This document shows positions 8,075 to 16,997 of a stretch of 20,000 nt of DNA, piece after piece (positions within the stretch are counted from its first letter, which is position 1; each line of letters begins with the position of its first letter). Below the pieces are notes generated by a model that saw only the letters and a list, made by a program, of their open reading frames with translations, ran no database searches and was not told where the DNA came from. A program made the position numbers and the translations under genes. This DNA comes from an uncultured virus (IMG/VR IMGVR_UViG_3300033066_002433) (Duplodnaviria > Heunggongvirae > Uroviricota > Caudoviricetes), in IMG/VR virus record IMGVR_UViG_3300033066_002433, one strand, 5' to 3'.

Positions 8075-8638
8075 TCAAATAGTTACAATCCAACACTGTC
8101 CCTTAGTCCTGTATCTACCCTGTCCAAAAACTTCGTTTATTGCTCTTGTTACGCCTTCCCATCCGTAATCATGTCCAGCAATAACACCGCCTTGTTTCAC
8201 CTTTGGCAACCAACTAATTATGTCCATCATTACAAATTCGTACTTATGCTCTGCATCAATAAAAACAAAATCTAAAGAACCGTCAGTATATAAGGCAGAT
8301 GCTTTAACGGATTCCATTTCTAATGGAGTCATAACGTGAATAACTGGTTGCATATTTTGAATAAACTGAGGATATATAGTTCCGTTCTTTATGAGGGTTT
8401 CGTCATACGCTCCGTTTGTTGGATCGTACATTTGTTCGGAACCCTTCCAAGTATCAACAACATCTAGTTTGATCTTCTTGTTAGAGTTAATAATTTCAAC
8501 AGCCAAAAATGAAGTGCTTTGTCCGTACCAAGCCCCTATTTCAACAAAATGATCACCGTCTCTTGCAGTTTGAACCATTTCAGTGTATACATCTTCATAG
8601 TCAAAATAACCAGGAATATTTTTATAGAAATGGTCCAT
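8075..8638 (-). CDS. Class I SAM-dependent methyltransferase (Methyltransf_24-like)
   Basis: FVEIGAWYGQST, VVDTWKGS, LDFVFIDAEHKYE, VKQGGVIAGHDY. Start moved to ATG 8638 (GGAG RBS, directly after the upstream stop). Confidence 0.9.
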   Translation of the reverse strand: MDHFYKNIPGYFDYEDVYTEMVQTARDGDHFVEIGAWYGQSTSFLAVEIINSNKKIKLDVVDTWKGSEQMYDPTNGAYDETLIKNGTIYPQFIQNMQPVIHVMTPLEMESVKASALYTDGSLDFVFIDAEHKYEFVMMDIISWLPKVKQGGVIAGHDYGWEGVTRAINEVFGQGRYRTKGQCWIVTI

Positions 8639-8639
8639 T

Positions 8640-10157
8640 TCAATCTCCCAAAAGGTACTGAATATATGCATTTTCCCATATACATTGAGAACGTTCATTA
8701 TTCAAAATCGGTTTGTTATTGCAAATTTCTTCTACAAGAGTAGAACAACAATGTATGTCATCAAAAACGACTCTAATCGTTTTTCTGCCATCAATCATAG
8801 ACGCTGACAGCTTCTCGCAAAACCCAAGTTCCTCTCGGACATGCTCTTCCAAATGTTTCCCATCTATGTGAAACAAATCAAACTTCTCATTCCTTATCAA
8901 AGGAAGTTGATCAATAGAATCACCATGACGGAAAATTATTTCAGAATTCGGGAAATGCTTTCGCAAAACATTAATAGCCGGTCTTGTATATATGTCATTG
9001 ATATCAATGCTTGTAATCTTCAGTTTCGGATTTCCAAGAAGCATAATCAAAAGCGAATGACCCATATACGTTCCTATTTCCAAAACAGAAGTTGATTCCT
9101 GGGCCAGTCTGTATAACATCTCTTGCTTCGGATACATTTTTACGGAATATTCGTAATCTGTTCCCTCAAAAAGATAGCTCCCGTGCCCTGACTGAAATGA
9201 GTAGTTACACTCCTTGTAAAGTTCTTGAAAAATAGGTTCTGCTTCAACAAGTTTTTTTGCAAATTCGCTATCAAAACCGCCTTGCGATATCTGAAGTTTA
9301 ATTGTCTTTGTAGAAGGCATCTTCTTGATTAGTCTTCTCATATAGTTATCTGTATGCAGAGAACATGGATCAAAATTGTTCCAAATCTTTTCGTATAATT
9401 CTTTGCTGAAGTTTATCTTTTTGAAGTCTGACCAGTCATCCAAAATGATTATTGGATAATCCGCATGCGCATCTGCAACAAGGCTTCTAGTAACTATAGG
9501 AATAGTTTTGAGATAGAGAGCCTCCCAAGTCCTGTGGCAATCAATTCCATTCCCTTTGGGAGAAAGGCAAAAGTAGCATTTACTCATATCTCTAAGGTAG
9601 CCCTCAAAAGTATTTGGAAGCTTGTAACCGCCAGCAAACCCATTCCATCCACCGTTCGTTTCACTAACTATTGAAAGACCAGTTTGCTGTAGACAGTATT
9701 CTCTTTCTGTTCTGTTATTTTGTACCGAAAAATTCGTATAGAACATTGTATCTTTAGGATTCGATTCATTACGAACCTTTGTAATGGCATTAATATCGCC
9801 ATGAGAATAGCCGATTGGGGCAAGTCCTATTGGGATTGGCCTCATCTTAGGATGATCTATATTGGCATTTTGAGCAAACCAACACAAAACTCTAGGATCA
9901 TCAAGATATTTCAAATGGGATTCGTTGATTGAGTAATCACTGTTACCAGTGAATATCACAAACTCAAACTGAGGGTTAACTGTAGAGAAAAAGTTTGCTA
10001 TGTAATCGGTTTTAACATATACCCAGTTATTAGGCTTAGTAAACGGATTAATTCTATATCCATCATAGTTCCATATATGTTTACACTGAACAGCAAAACC
10101 ATTGCCGTTCAAATAAGGGAAACTATGATCTTCAAACGTTTTCCATTGAGGGTACAT
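8640..10157 (-). CDS. Exostosin/GT47-like glycosyltransferase fused to a C-terminal class I methyltransferase
   Basis: N-half has WFAQN...PIPIGL and FCLSPKGNGIDCHRTWEALYLKTIPIV (exostosin-like). C-half has VLEIGTYMGHS, ITSIDI, GDS, FDLFHIDGKH, VVFDD. Confidence 0.82.
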   Translation of the reverse strand: MYPQWKTFEDHSFPYLNGNGFAVQCKHIWNYDGYRINPFTKPNNWVYVKTDYIANFFSTVNPQFEFVIFTGNSDYSINESHLKYLDDPRVLCWFAQNANIDHPKMRPIPIGLAPIGYSHGDINAITKVRNESNPKDTMFYTNFSVQNNRTEREYCLQQTGLSIVSETNGGWNGFAGGYKLPNTFEGYLRDMSKCYFCLSPKGNGIDCHRTWEALYLKTIPIVTRSLVADAHADYPIIILDDWSDFKKINFSKELYEKIWNNFDPCSLHTDNYMRRLIKKMPSTKTIKLQISQGGFDSEFAKKLVEAEPIFQELYKECNYSFQSGHGSYLFEGTDYEYSVKMYPKQEMLYRLAQESTSVLEIGTYMGHSLLIMLLGNPKLKITSIDINDIYTRPAINVLRKHFPNSEIIFRHGDSIDQLPLIRNEKFDLFHIDGKHLEEHVREELGFCEKLSASMIDGRKTIRVVFDDIHCCSTLVEEICNNKPILNNERSQCIWENAYIQYLLGD

Positions 10158-11002
10158 TAAGATTTCTCCGCAATACTAATTTCTTTGTTCTTCTCTTTGT
10201 TCCCGGCATCTTCATAGAACGCAATCATTTCTTGTAATGAACGCTCGCCGTATGTTGTGTTTACACAGTTTGACGCTCCAATATAGTTGGTAAAATTATC
10301 CCCCTCATTTAGAAGCCTTTCGCTCAGTCCTCGCAACTGGACCCCTGGAACTGGATCTTTCAACATACATCTATCATTAGGGCCTTGAATCTTGTGTATA
10401 AGAGAACAGTGCATAACTCTAGGCCAAATCCTATCCATTAGAAATTCTTGATCTTTACCATGACTGTTCCATGCTTCGCTATTTCTCCCCCAAGAATCAA
10501 CCATGCTTGAAAACGATCTGAACCCGATTGCGTTAACAAACGGTTGACACCTAAAGCCAACCATTCCACCCATCAAAGGAATAGTGTGCGAGTTGTTATC
10601 ATTGATCCCATGAGCAATATAAGGAGAATCAATGAAATGATATACGCATTTCGCCTGCCTCGGAGTTAGAATAGAGTCAAGGTCTCGACAAAAAACAAAA
10701 TCATTCTCAGCTTCCCATGCGGGAATTAGCCTCCAAAGCATTCCGATCCCTTTGACTGACTGTTCCCAAAGAGAACCTCCATTAGTTACGATTCGCAACT
10801 GAATCAAATCAGCGCTAGCCAGATTATTGATTTCTTTGCCGTAATAGTCGTTTGATGTAAAAGGCCTATCAGTTGTAAGCCTAATTTTCCATCTCGAATC
10901 TGGATATATGCCGTAATGCATTCGAATTAATAAAGGCAAAAGACTTGTATAGTTTTGCCTTTTTTCTCCGAATGCAGAAAAGCTGTTTATGAAGTTTCCC
11001 AA
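10157..11002 (-). CDS. Putative glycosyltransferase-like protein (WR...RDxDS family), paralog of 16113-16997
   Basis: SFSAFG, IYPDSRW, MLWRLIPA, FCRDLDSILTPRQ, H.INDNNSH.IPLMGGMVG, GKDQEFLMDRIWP. TTG start with AAGGA RBS. Confidence 0.65.
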   Translation of the reverse strand: MGNFINSFSAFGEKRQNYTSLLPLLIRMHYGIYPDSRWKIRLTTDRPFTSNDYYGKEINNLASADLIQLRIVTNGGSLWEQSVKGIGMLWRLIPAWEAENDFVFCRDLDSILTPRQAKCVYHFIDSPYIAHGINDNNSHTIPLMGGMVGFRCQPFVNAIGFRSFSSMVDSWGRNSEAWNSHGKDQEFLMDRIWPRVMHCSLIHKIQGPNDRCMLKDPVPGVQLRGLSERLLNEGDNFTNYIGASNCVNTTYGERSLQEMIAFYEDAGNKEKNKEISIAEKS

Positions 11003-11012
11003 TCAAAAATCC

Positions 11013-11651
11013 TTATTCTCTTAGCAGACACAGGTTATCAAACTTACACCTTGTAATATCGTACATCGGTGATAAAAAACTATAGCAAGAATCTTTTTGC
11101 TCCTGTTTCATGTTGAACTCTTCATAGTAAATCATCTTTGGACGAAACCCCAAAGACAAGCACTGCTTAACGACTTCCATTTCAAAACCCTCAACATCAA
11201 CAATAAGTATGTCAATTTTTTGTATGTCAAGCAGGTAAGCGAAGTATTCAAAAGTTATGGCAGAAACATCGACATACATAGAATAGTCATATTCGCCTGT
11301 ACTGTTTTTAGGCTCAATCAAAGAACCATGAATGCCGGTTTTATTATTACTTTTCCAATCCATAAGTCCTTGATATAATCTTGCAACTCCATTCTTCTCG
11401 GCAATAGCAAAATTCAATAACTTTGACTTTATATTTGGGTATTCAGAAAGAAAAGTCAAACATTTCTGGTACGCGGGAGAAAAGGGTTCAGTTCCATACA
11501 CCCTATCGCTTTCGGTTATGCGAGTTAGCCATTCTGTGTTATTAATGGGCGAGGGGTTAGAATTGGTCCCAATTAGAACATAGTTGAGACCATAATGCTC
11601 GTTTTGGAACTTACTAATGGCATTGTAAAATGGGATATCACTTTCTTCCAT
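11013..11651 (-). CDS. FkbM-family methyltransferase
   Basis: YVLIG.N, GTEP, LNFAIAEKNG, V.AITFE, KIDILIVDVEGFEMEVV, RPKMIYYE. Confidence 0.82.
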   Translation of the reverse strand: MEESDIPFYNAISKFQNEHYGLNYVLIGTNSNPSPINNTEWLTRITESDRVYGTEPFSPAYQKCLTFLSEYPNIKSKLLNFAIAEKNGVARLYQGLMDWKSNNKTGIHGSLIEPKNSTGEYDYSMYVDVSAITFEYFAYLLDIQKIDILIVDVEGFEMEVVKQCLSLGFRPKMIYYEEFNMKQEQKDSCYSFLSPMYDITRCKFDNLCLLRE

Positions 11652-12549
11652 TTTGGATCTTCCTAAACTTCTCTTCTATCATTGCTTCAAGTATTTGAAA
11701 CTTGGAACCTTCCTCTATCGGCTCTGCCCACTTATTATGCCAATGCCATGTAAAAGCTCCATCAAACAGTTCGGCACTCTTATTACCTTCAAAGTCTTTT
11801 CTAAACGGCTGAATACTTCTTCCAAGCCCCCATTCCGTGTTAAACCAAGCACAAGGAAAGACTTGCCAATCCTTATTCTTTTCTCTAACTTTACGATAAA
11901 GGTCTGTACCCCAACAAGTAGAATTTGGATCAGCAGGAGTTCTTGCAAGCTCGTTGAGTAAGTCATGGCAAAGCTGGCTATAAGCTTTTAGTCGCATAAT
12001 TGCTCCATTTTGTCTTAGTTCTGGCTCACCAGAATGAGTTCCAGTTGATCCCCATTGATACATGAACTCATAAGGAAGAATAGGCTCAAAATCTCTAAGC
12101 ACTACAACATCCATATCAATGTATACTCCTCCATACTTATGCAAACAGAGCAATCTAAAAAGATCTCCTCCAAGATAACATAAAGGGTCGTCAACTATTC
12201 CCTTTAGAACGGCAGCATTATCTAATGGAGAATTTTTGGATTGAGCATGCAAATCCCATATTCTTGTTTCGATAAATGGAAGCATCGGTTTTACATATTC
12301 GTTATTCTTTAGATCAACATTAGACCATAGAATAATCTTGGTCTTGCTTAGATTCTGAGAAACTATAGCAGATTTGACTGGAAGAGCTTGCTTTCTTTCA
12401 AAGTCTCTTGGAACTCTCCAATAGAAATGAAAAGTAACCGGATCTGAAAAATTACTAGGAGGAAGCTCTTTAGCAAACTTCAGAGAATCATAGACTCTTT
12501 CTATAGAATCGAATTTATACAGATCTGTATGAGTTTCAAAGCTTATCAT
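11638..12549 (-). CDS. GT32-like glycosyltransferase (DxD sugar-binding region; OCH1/alpha-1,4-GT-like)
   Basis: FHFYW, DLFRLLCLHKYGGVYIDMDVVVLRDF, NGAIM, WGTDL, FTWHWHNKW. Confidence 0.88.
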   Translation of the reverse strand: MISFETHTDLYKFDSIERVYDSLKFAKELPPSNFSDPVTFHFYWRVPRDFERKQALPVKSAIVSQNLSKTKIILWSNVDLKNNEYVKPMLPFIETRIWDLHAQSKNSPLDNAAVLKGIVDDPLCYLGGDLFRLLCLHKYGGVYIDMDVVVLRDFEPILPYEFMYQWGSTGTHSGEPELRQNGAIMRLKAYSQLCHDLLNELARTPADPNSTCWGTDLYRKVREKNKDWQVFPCAWFNTEWGLGRSIQPFRKDFEGNKSAELFDGAFTWHWHNKWAEPIEEGSKFQILEAMIEEKFRKIQNGRK

Positions 12550-13124
12550 TAGTTTTTCCTTTTGAAAACCATAAGCGTGTTTCTAACATGACTTCCGTTT
12601 GGGGTCCAACTACCATCTGGATTAAAAAGCTGCTTTCGCAACATCAAAGAATCGTTTTCAAGATATTCAAAACCATACCGAGCAAAAGTATCAATCCAAT
12701 ACTGAGCTTCTCTACAGTTAACATGGTGATAACCCGGCTGTCCTGGAACCGCATGAGTCATAGCTACATATTTGCACTTTTGAAATGTTTTCATAAAGTT
12801 GTCAACGTATTGTTCTTTAACATGCTCAACAAATTCGCAACACCAAGCAAGATCAAAATCTGTTGGAGGAACAAAAGCTCCCGATGTGTAGTCGTGAGAA
12901 ACAATGCTTTCTCTAACCTTTGATCTTGCAATTGCTTCTTTGTAACCTTCAACCCCAATTCCATCTAAATGTTTGTCCAAAAAGTACCTTAACGAATGAC
13001 CCGCACCGCAACCAACATCTATAACCGTTTTAGGAGAGTAAAGCTCAATTAGCTTATCCCAAACTTGGGGAGCAAAAGTTCCTATGTCTCCATCAATAAC
13101 ACAACCGCCCAAATGTTCATTCAT
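12549..13124 (-). CDS. Class I SAM-dependent methyltransferase
   Basis: VIDVGCGAG, GIGVEG, FDLAWCCEFVEHV, HAVPGQPGYHHVNCR...YWI. Confidence 0.9.
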   Translation of the reverse strand: MNEHLGGCVIDGDIGTFAPQVWDKLIELYSPKTVIDVGCGAGHSLRYFLDKHLDGIGVEGYKEAIARSKVRESIVSHDYTSGAFVPPTDFDLAWCCEFVEHVKEQYVDNFMKTFQKCKYVAMTHAVPGQPGYHHVNCREAQYWIDTFARYGFEYLENDSLMLRKQLFNPDGSWTPNGSHVRNTLMVFKRKN

Positions 13125-14289
13125 AACAATCCTCCTTTATAGCGCTATTTACAACATCAGAAATATAGTCAATTTCATTAGTTGTCATATCAGGATTGTT
13201 CGGTATATACAATCCGTAATCATGGACGATATCAGAAAATGGAAATTCTTTAAGCCCATACTGCTCGTAGTAAAATGGCTGTTTCGAAATGCTACCACAA
13301 ACTAATGGTCTACATTCGATTTTTGCCTCTATCAATCTCTGAGCAATACGATGCTTGTTTTTGTGTATTATTGGATACGCAAAATTACTAATAAACTGTG
13401 GATAGCTTAGTTTCCAATAATCATTTACAATTCTATCAGTGTATCTTAGGTAGTTTGCATATCTTTGGTCATTCTTCTTGTCAATCGTTTTAATCTGACT
13501 AAGGCCAATAAAGGCCTGCAAATCAGTTGATCTAAGGTTAAATCCAGGATAGTAAAAAGTGTACAAGTTTCTAAAATCATCAATATTGTACTTTTTCTTG
13601 AGACTTTCCCTTGTATCAACAGACAAATCTCTACTCCAACCATGAGAACGTATTGATTTAAGAACTTCGTACAATTCGAAACTATTAGTGGATATCAACC
13701 CGCCTTCTATAGTCGAAAAATGATGACCAAAATAAGTTGAAAATGATGACATAATTCCAAAATTGCCAGTTTTAGTTCCATCAGACAAAGAACCAACACT
13801 CTCACAAGAGTCCTCCAACAGCAGAACTCCGTACCTATCGCATATCTCCAAAATTTCTTTCATCTTGTTAGGTATACCCAAAACATGAACTAAGATCAAA
13901 CAAGACGGGTTATGTTCTTTGCAAATTTTCTCAAGACACTCAACATCAAGCCCTAATGTCTCCCTGTCAGTGTCACAAAGAATAACTTCAAGACCAAGCT
14001 GCATAATTGGGCTAACTGTTGTTACCCAAGAAACACAAGGAGCTACTACTTTGTTGTTCTTAAGCTTTCCGGCTACTTTAAGCGCATAGAACATGCCAAG
14101 GTTTGCTGAAGATCCAGAATTCACGAATACAGAATACTTACAACCAAGCCATTTAGACCACTCTTCTTCAAACTGTATTGTCAGCTTACCCTTCGTTAAT
14201 TGAGGATAAGTTGAAAGCCAAGAACAAAGAGAATCAATTTCTTGATTAGTTATTGTGTCCTTAACGAGTTTTATGGGCAATTCGATCAT
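13117..14289 (-). CDS. DegT/DnrJ-family PLP enzyme, ColD-like GDP-4-keto-6-deoxymannose 3-dehydratase
   Basis: VFVNSGSSANL, SWVTTVSP, LVHVLG.P, LLEDSCES.G, FSTYFGHHFSTIEGG (His at the PLP-Lys position), RSHGW.R, PGFNLR. Confidence 0.85.
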   Translation of the reverse strand: MIELPIKLVKDTITNQEIDSLCSWLSTYPQLTKGKLTIQFEEEWSKWLGCKYSVFVNSGSSANLGMFYALKVAGKLKNNKVVAPCVSWVTTVSPIMQLGLEVILCDTDRETLGLDVECLEKICKEHNPSCLILVHVLGIPNKMKEILEICDRYGVLLLEDSCESVGSLSDGTKTGNFGIMSSFSTYFGHHFSTIEGGLISTNSFELYEVLKSIRSHGWSRDLSVDTRESLKKKYNIDDFRNLYTFYYPGFNLRSTDLQAFIGLSQIKTIDKKNDQRYANYLRYTDRIVNDYWKLSYPQFISNFAYPIIHKNKHRIAQRLIEAKIECRPLVCGSISKQPFYYEQYGLKEFPFSDIVHDYGLYIPNNPDMTTNEIDYISDVVNSAIKEDCYE

Positions 14290-15034
14290 GAATTTCTTTC
14301 ACCGTTATATTGAACAATTCTGCTTCTCCAAACAAGCTTCTTTCTTTGGAATAGAAAATGTTCTTTCTGTATATTGAATTACTACTCAAGTCCTCTACTA
14401 CATATTCGTCATATAACATATCAAAAGCTTTGTACAGCTTTCTTATGAAATCATTGACGAAAATTAGATTACCTGTTCCTATGATCCCATGACCGTTCCT
14501 TTTGATTGATTCATTAACAACAAAACTAGGATGCAAAAGCTCTCTATAGTAGTAGGTATCGCCTATTTGTATCTTTTTTCTATTGACTATTGAATCGAAA
14601 ATCTTACCAAACAGGAAAGGAGGCATCCTGTACACGGAGTTAAAGTTGAAAGGGTACATTATTGAAACATTATTGTAGTGTTCTTTTATGTACTTCGTTA
14701 TGGTTTCTTTTGATATAACATAATCAGAAGGATGATAATTGAAGCTCAAATTTAGATCAATTTCCCCGTTTGTATTGTTCCAAAGTTCAGCAGTTGAATA
14801 ATACACAATTTGTTCGGCGTCAAGCTTTTTAATAATCTCTTTTGTGTATTCAAAATTCACTTGATTGAAAAGATTATTCTTAGCTATGAACGTTCGTTGT
14901 TCAGCAAAACAAATAAATACTCTGTTCCATTTTTGTTCAAGAATCAAAGGGTTTATATCCCTTGAAAAAATCTTTACAAAATCATCAGGAAAGTATCTTG
15001 CCAACTGAGATGTACTACCTATAACAAGGTTCAT
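14261..15034 (-). CDS. Atypical NAD(P)-dependent epimerase/dehydratase/reductase (extended SDR)
   Basis: Degenerate Rossmann motif NLVIGSTSQLA, VYYSTAELW, YxxxK (YVISK), FNFNS, YRELLH. Start moved to ATG 15034 (ATGA overlap). Confidence 0.75.
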   Translation of the reverse strand: MNLVIGSTSQLARYFPDDFVKIFSRDINPLILEQKWNRVFICFAEQRTFIAKNNLFNQVNFEYTKEIIKKLDAEQIVYYSTAELWNNTNGEIDLNLSFNYHPSDYVISKETITKYIKEHYNNVSIMYPFNFNSVYRMPPFLFGKIFDSIVNRKKIQIGDTYYYRELLHPSFVVNESIKRNGHGIIGTGNLIFVNDFIRKLYKAFDMLYDEYVVEDLSSNSIYRKNIFYSKERSLFGEAELFNITVKEIHDRIAHKTR

Positions 15035-16116
15035 ATTCTGGATATTACTCCGCTCCAAAGTTGGTTTACTCTTTCTCTTCTAATTATATTAAACTCTGCC
15101 ATTTTAGTGCTAATCTCAAGCAACGCCTCTGGACGAATAGAAGCCAGTCTGTCCCTAAACTCATTCCAATCGTCAAAATATTGAATATGAGGCATCCACT
15201 CCGAATCATAGAAGTCAGCCTTTGGTAACCAGTTTCTAAACTTATCAAGATCCTGGAAGTCATTAGGATCATTAGGGCCTGGTCTAATAACTGAACCGCT
15301 TTGAATGTTCCATGTTTGATTCCAAGATGACTCAGCAAGAACATATGCTGTATAGTCTTTTTTCATTCTAATCATTAGATCTATGCTTGGATAGAACATT
15401 GGCATGCACTGGCTATAAAATTCAAATATAGACATTGTAGAGGGGCAGTAAGGTATACCAACAATACCCTTGAAACGAACTAGCTCCGACCACTTATATC
15501 CAGGATGCAAAACCTTACTCTTTTCCACAAGACCAGGTATAAAACTTCCACCTAGATAGAATGGATATTGATGCAGTCTGGAATAGTATAAAAATTCGCT
15601 TCTTACGGGGGAGTATGTTGCTCCTGTATAGTTACACAGACTTGGAATATGAAGCCAATTTCTGTCTGTAAAATACTTACCATAATCTGCGTCATATTTG
15701 TTATTAGCTATCAGTATAACCTGACCACTATCCGCTCCTCTTCTCAGGAAATCATTAAATCGTTCCCATTCATCAGGTCTTGTTGAAAATGGAAGTTCAT
15801 ACCTAATAGGAGCAACTATGATAATGGGCTTATTCCATTTTTCAAACAACATAGAAAACGCAGGAGGATATGTTATAAGAAATGCGTCATACTGAGAAAG
15901 CTCATCCTTGTATGCGTTGTAAAAATCATCGCACATCTTCTGATCTATCTTTGTCCAGTTCTCTGTTGTAACAACAGAGGTTGTTGCTTTTTGTCTTCCA
16001 AATACCCAATTATGACCAGACATATTCCAGCTAGTAACTTGATGTCCTTGATTCTGTAATATTTGTTGAATATCAGCTATTACAGATATGTGTAAATCTA
16101 GATTGAATATTTTCAT
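15031..16116 (-). CDS. Putative glycosyltransferase-like protein (possibly GT-B)
   Basis: 361 aa within the glycan cluster. The C-terminal KGIVGIPYCPSTMSIFEFYSQCMPMFYPS resembles the GT-B nucleotide-binding segment. Family not firmly recognised. Confidence 0.55.
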   Translation of the reverse strand: MKIFNLDLHISVIADIQQILQNQGHQVTSWNMSGHNWVFGRQKATTSVVTTENWTKIDQKMCDDFYNAYKDELSQYDAFLITYPPAFSMLFEKWNKPIIIVAPIRYELPFSTRPDEWERFNDFLRRGADSGQVILIANNKYDADYGKYFTDRNWLHIPSLCNYTGATYSPVRSEFLYYSRLHQYPFYLGGSFIPGLVEKSKVLHPGYKWSELVRFKGIVGIPYCPSTMSIFEFYSQCMPMFYPSIDLMIRMKKDYTAYVLAESSWNQTWNIQSGSVIRPGPNDPNDFQDLDKFRNWLPKADFYDSEWMPHIQYFDDWNEFRDRLASIRPEALLEISTKMAEFNIIRRERVNQLWSGVISRI

Positions 16117-16997
16117 ATGACTTCCTCAATAATCTCTCCAACATGAGAGCCGTGTTTCATTTCTTTATGCGGAGGAAACGGACGAACATCGTGTTTCCCG
16201 AACAACTTTAATGGATTGTAAACATAATCAAAAACGATCTGGTTGTTCTCATTATATCTAATCGGTTTAAGTTCTTCCAACTCTGGAAAAAGCTTGTCGA
16301 GTTCTTCTTTGCTTGGGCTTATTCCTTGAACAAAGCGTTCTGCGATAAAAGTCTTTTTGGCCTCCATAGACCTATTTCTAAAATCATTGTACTCTTCTCT
16401 TTGTTTTATGTACTCTTTTGGGTCTGAGACTATCTGTTCAACTGAGAAGCCATTATGAAACTTATCATGAGCAAGAACTAGGTGCTTAAGATTTTCCCAA
16501 ACTACCGTTCTTAGAAAGTCTTGATCACTTCCTTTGTAGTCGCATTTTCCCCAGTCGCTAATCATCTGCTTCATATTATGAAAGACACCCTTTCTGCACC
16601 CCCACATGCCCCCAAGAATAGGAACATTATGCTCTATATGGTCTCTCATGCAATGTATTGGCTTATCTGAAGATAACCACTCTTCAACCGCCGCCTGTTC
16701 TCTTTCGTTTAGTCTCGAATCAATGTCTCTAGAGATGAAAATTTCAACATCAGCTTCAGATGCAGGAGCAAATCTCCAAAACAATCCTTCCCAGTTGCTT
16801 TTTATAGTTTTAACAACAACAACTTCAGAACCGTAGCTTTCAAGCTTAGACATAAAAGACGAATCAACCTTAGAGTCACAATAAAAACGGCATGTCCAAC
16901 CAGGATAAATCTCGCTGGCAAGAGCAATATTCTCTATGCTTCCCTTAAGATACTTTTGACCGTTTCCCCAAACACTAAAAGAGATGATTTTAGACAT
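16113..16997 (-). CDS. Putative glycosyltransferase-like protein (WR...RDxDS family) with an internal insertion
   Basis: KIISFSVWG...KYLKG.IEN...IYPGW.CRFY, LFWRFAP, FISRDIDSRLNERE..AVEEWL, H.MRDH.EH.VPILGGMWG, DQDFL...VW. Confidence 0.7.
   Translation of the reverse strand: MSKIISFSVWGNGQKYLKGSIENIALASEIYPGWTCRFYCDSKVDSSFMSKLESYGSEVVVVKTIKSNWEGLFWRFAPASEADVEIFISRDIDSRLNEREQAAVEEWLSSDKPIHCMRDHIEHNVPILGGMWGCRKGVFHNMKQMISDWGKCDYKGSDQDFLRTVVWENLKHLVLAHDKFHNGFSVEQIVSDPKEYIKQREEYNDFRNRSMEAKKTFIAERFVQGISPSKEELDKLFPELEELKPIRYNENNQIVFDYVYNPLKLFGKHDVRPFPPHKEMKHGSHVGEIIEEVI

Noticed and set aside
13117..14289. Annotation as perosamine synthase or another sugar aminotransferase
   Set aside because: The Schiff-base Lys position is His (GHHFSTIEGG), which fits a ColD-type dehydratase.
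316..15344. Short alternative-frame minus-strand ORFs (316-498, 2289-2531, 6325-6576, 7330-7515, 11715-11966, 13446-13643, 15084-15344)
   Set aside because: They are nested in or largely overlap longer genes with clear motifs and have no independent support.
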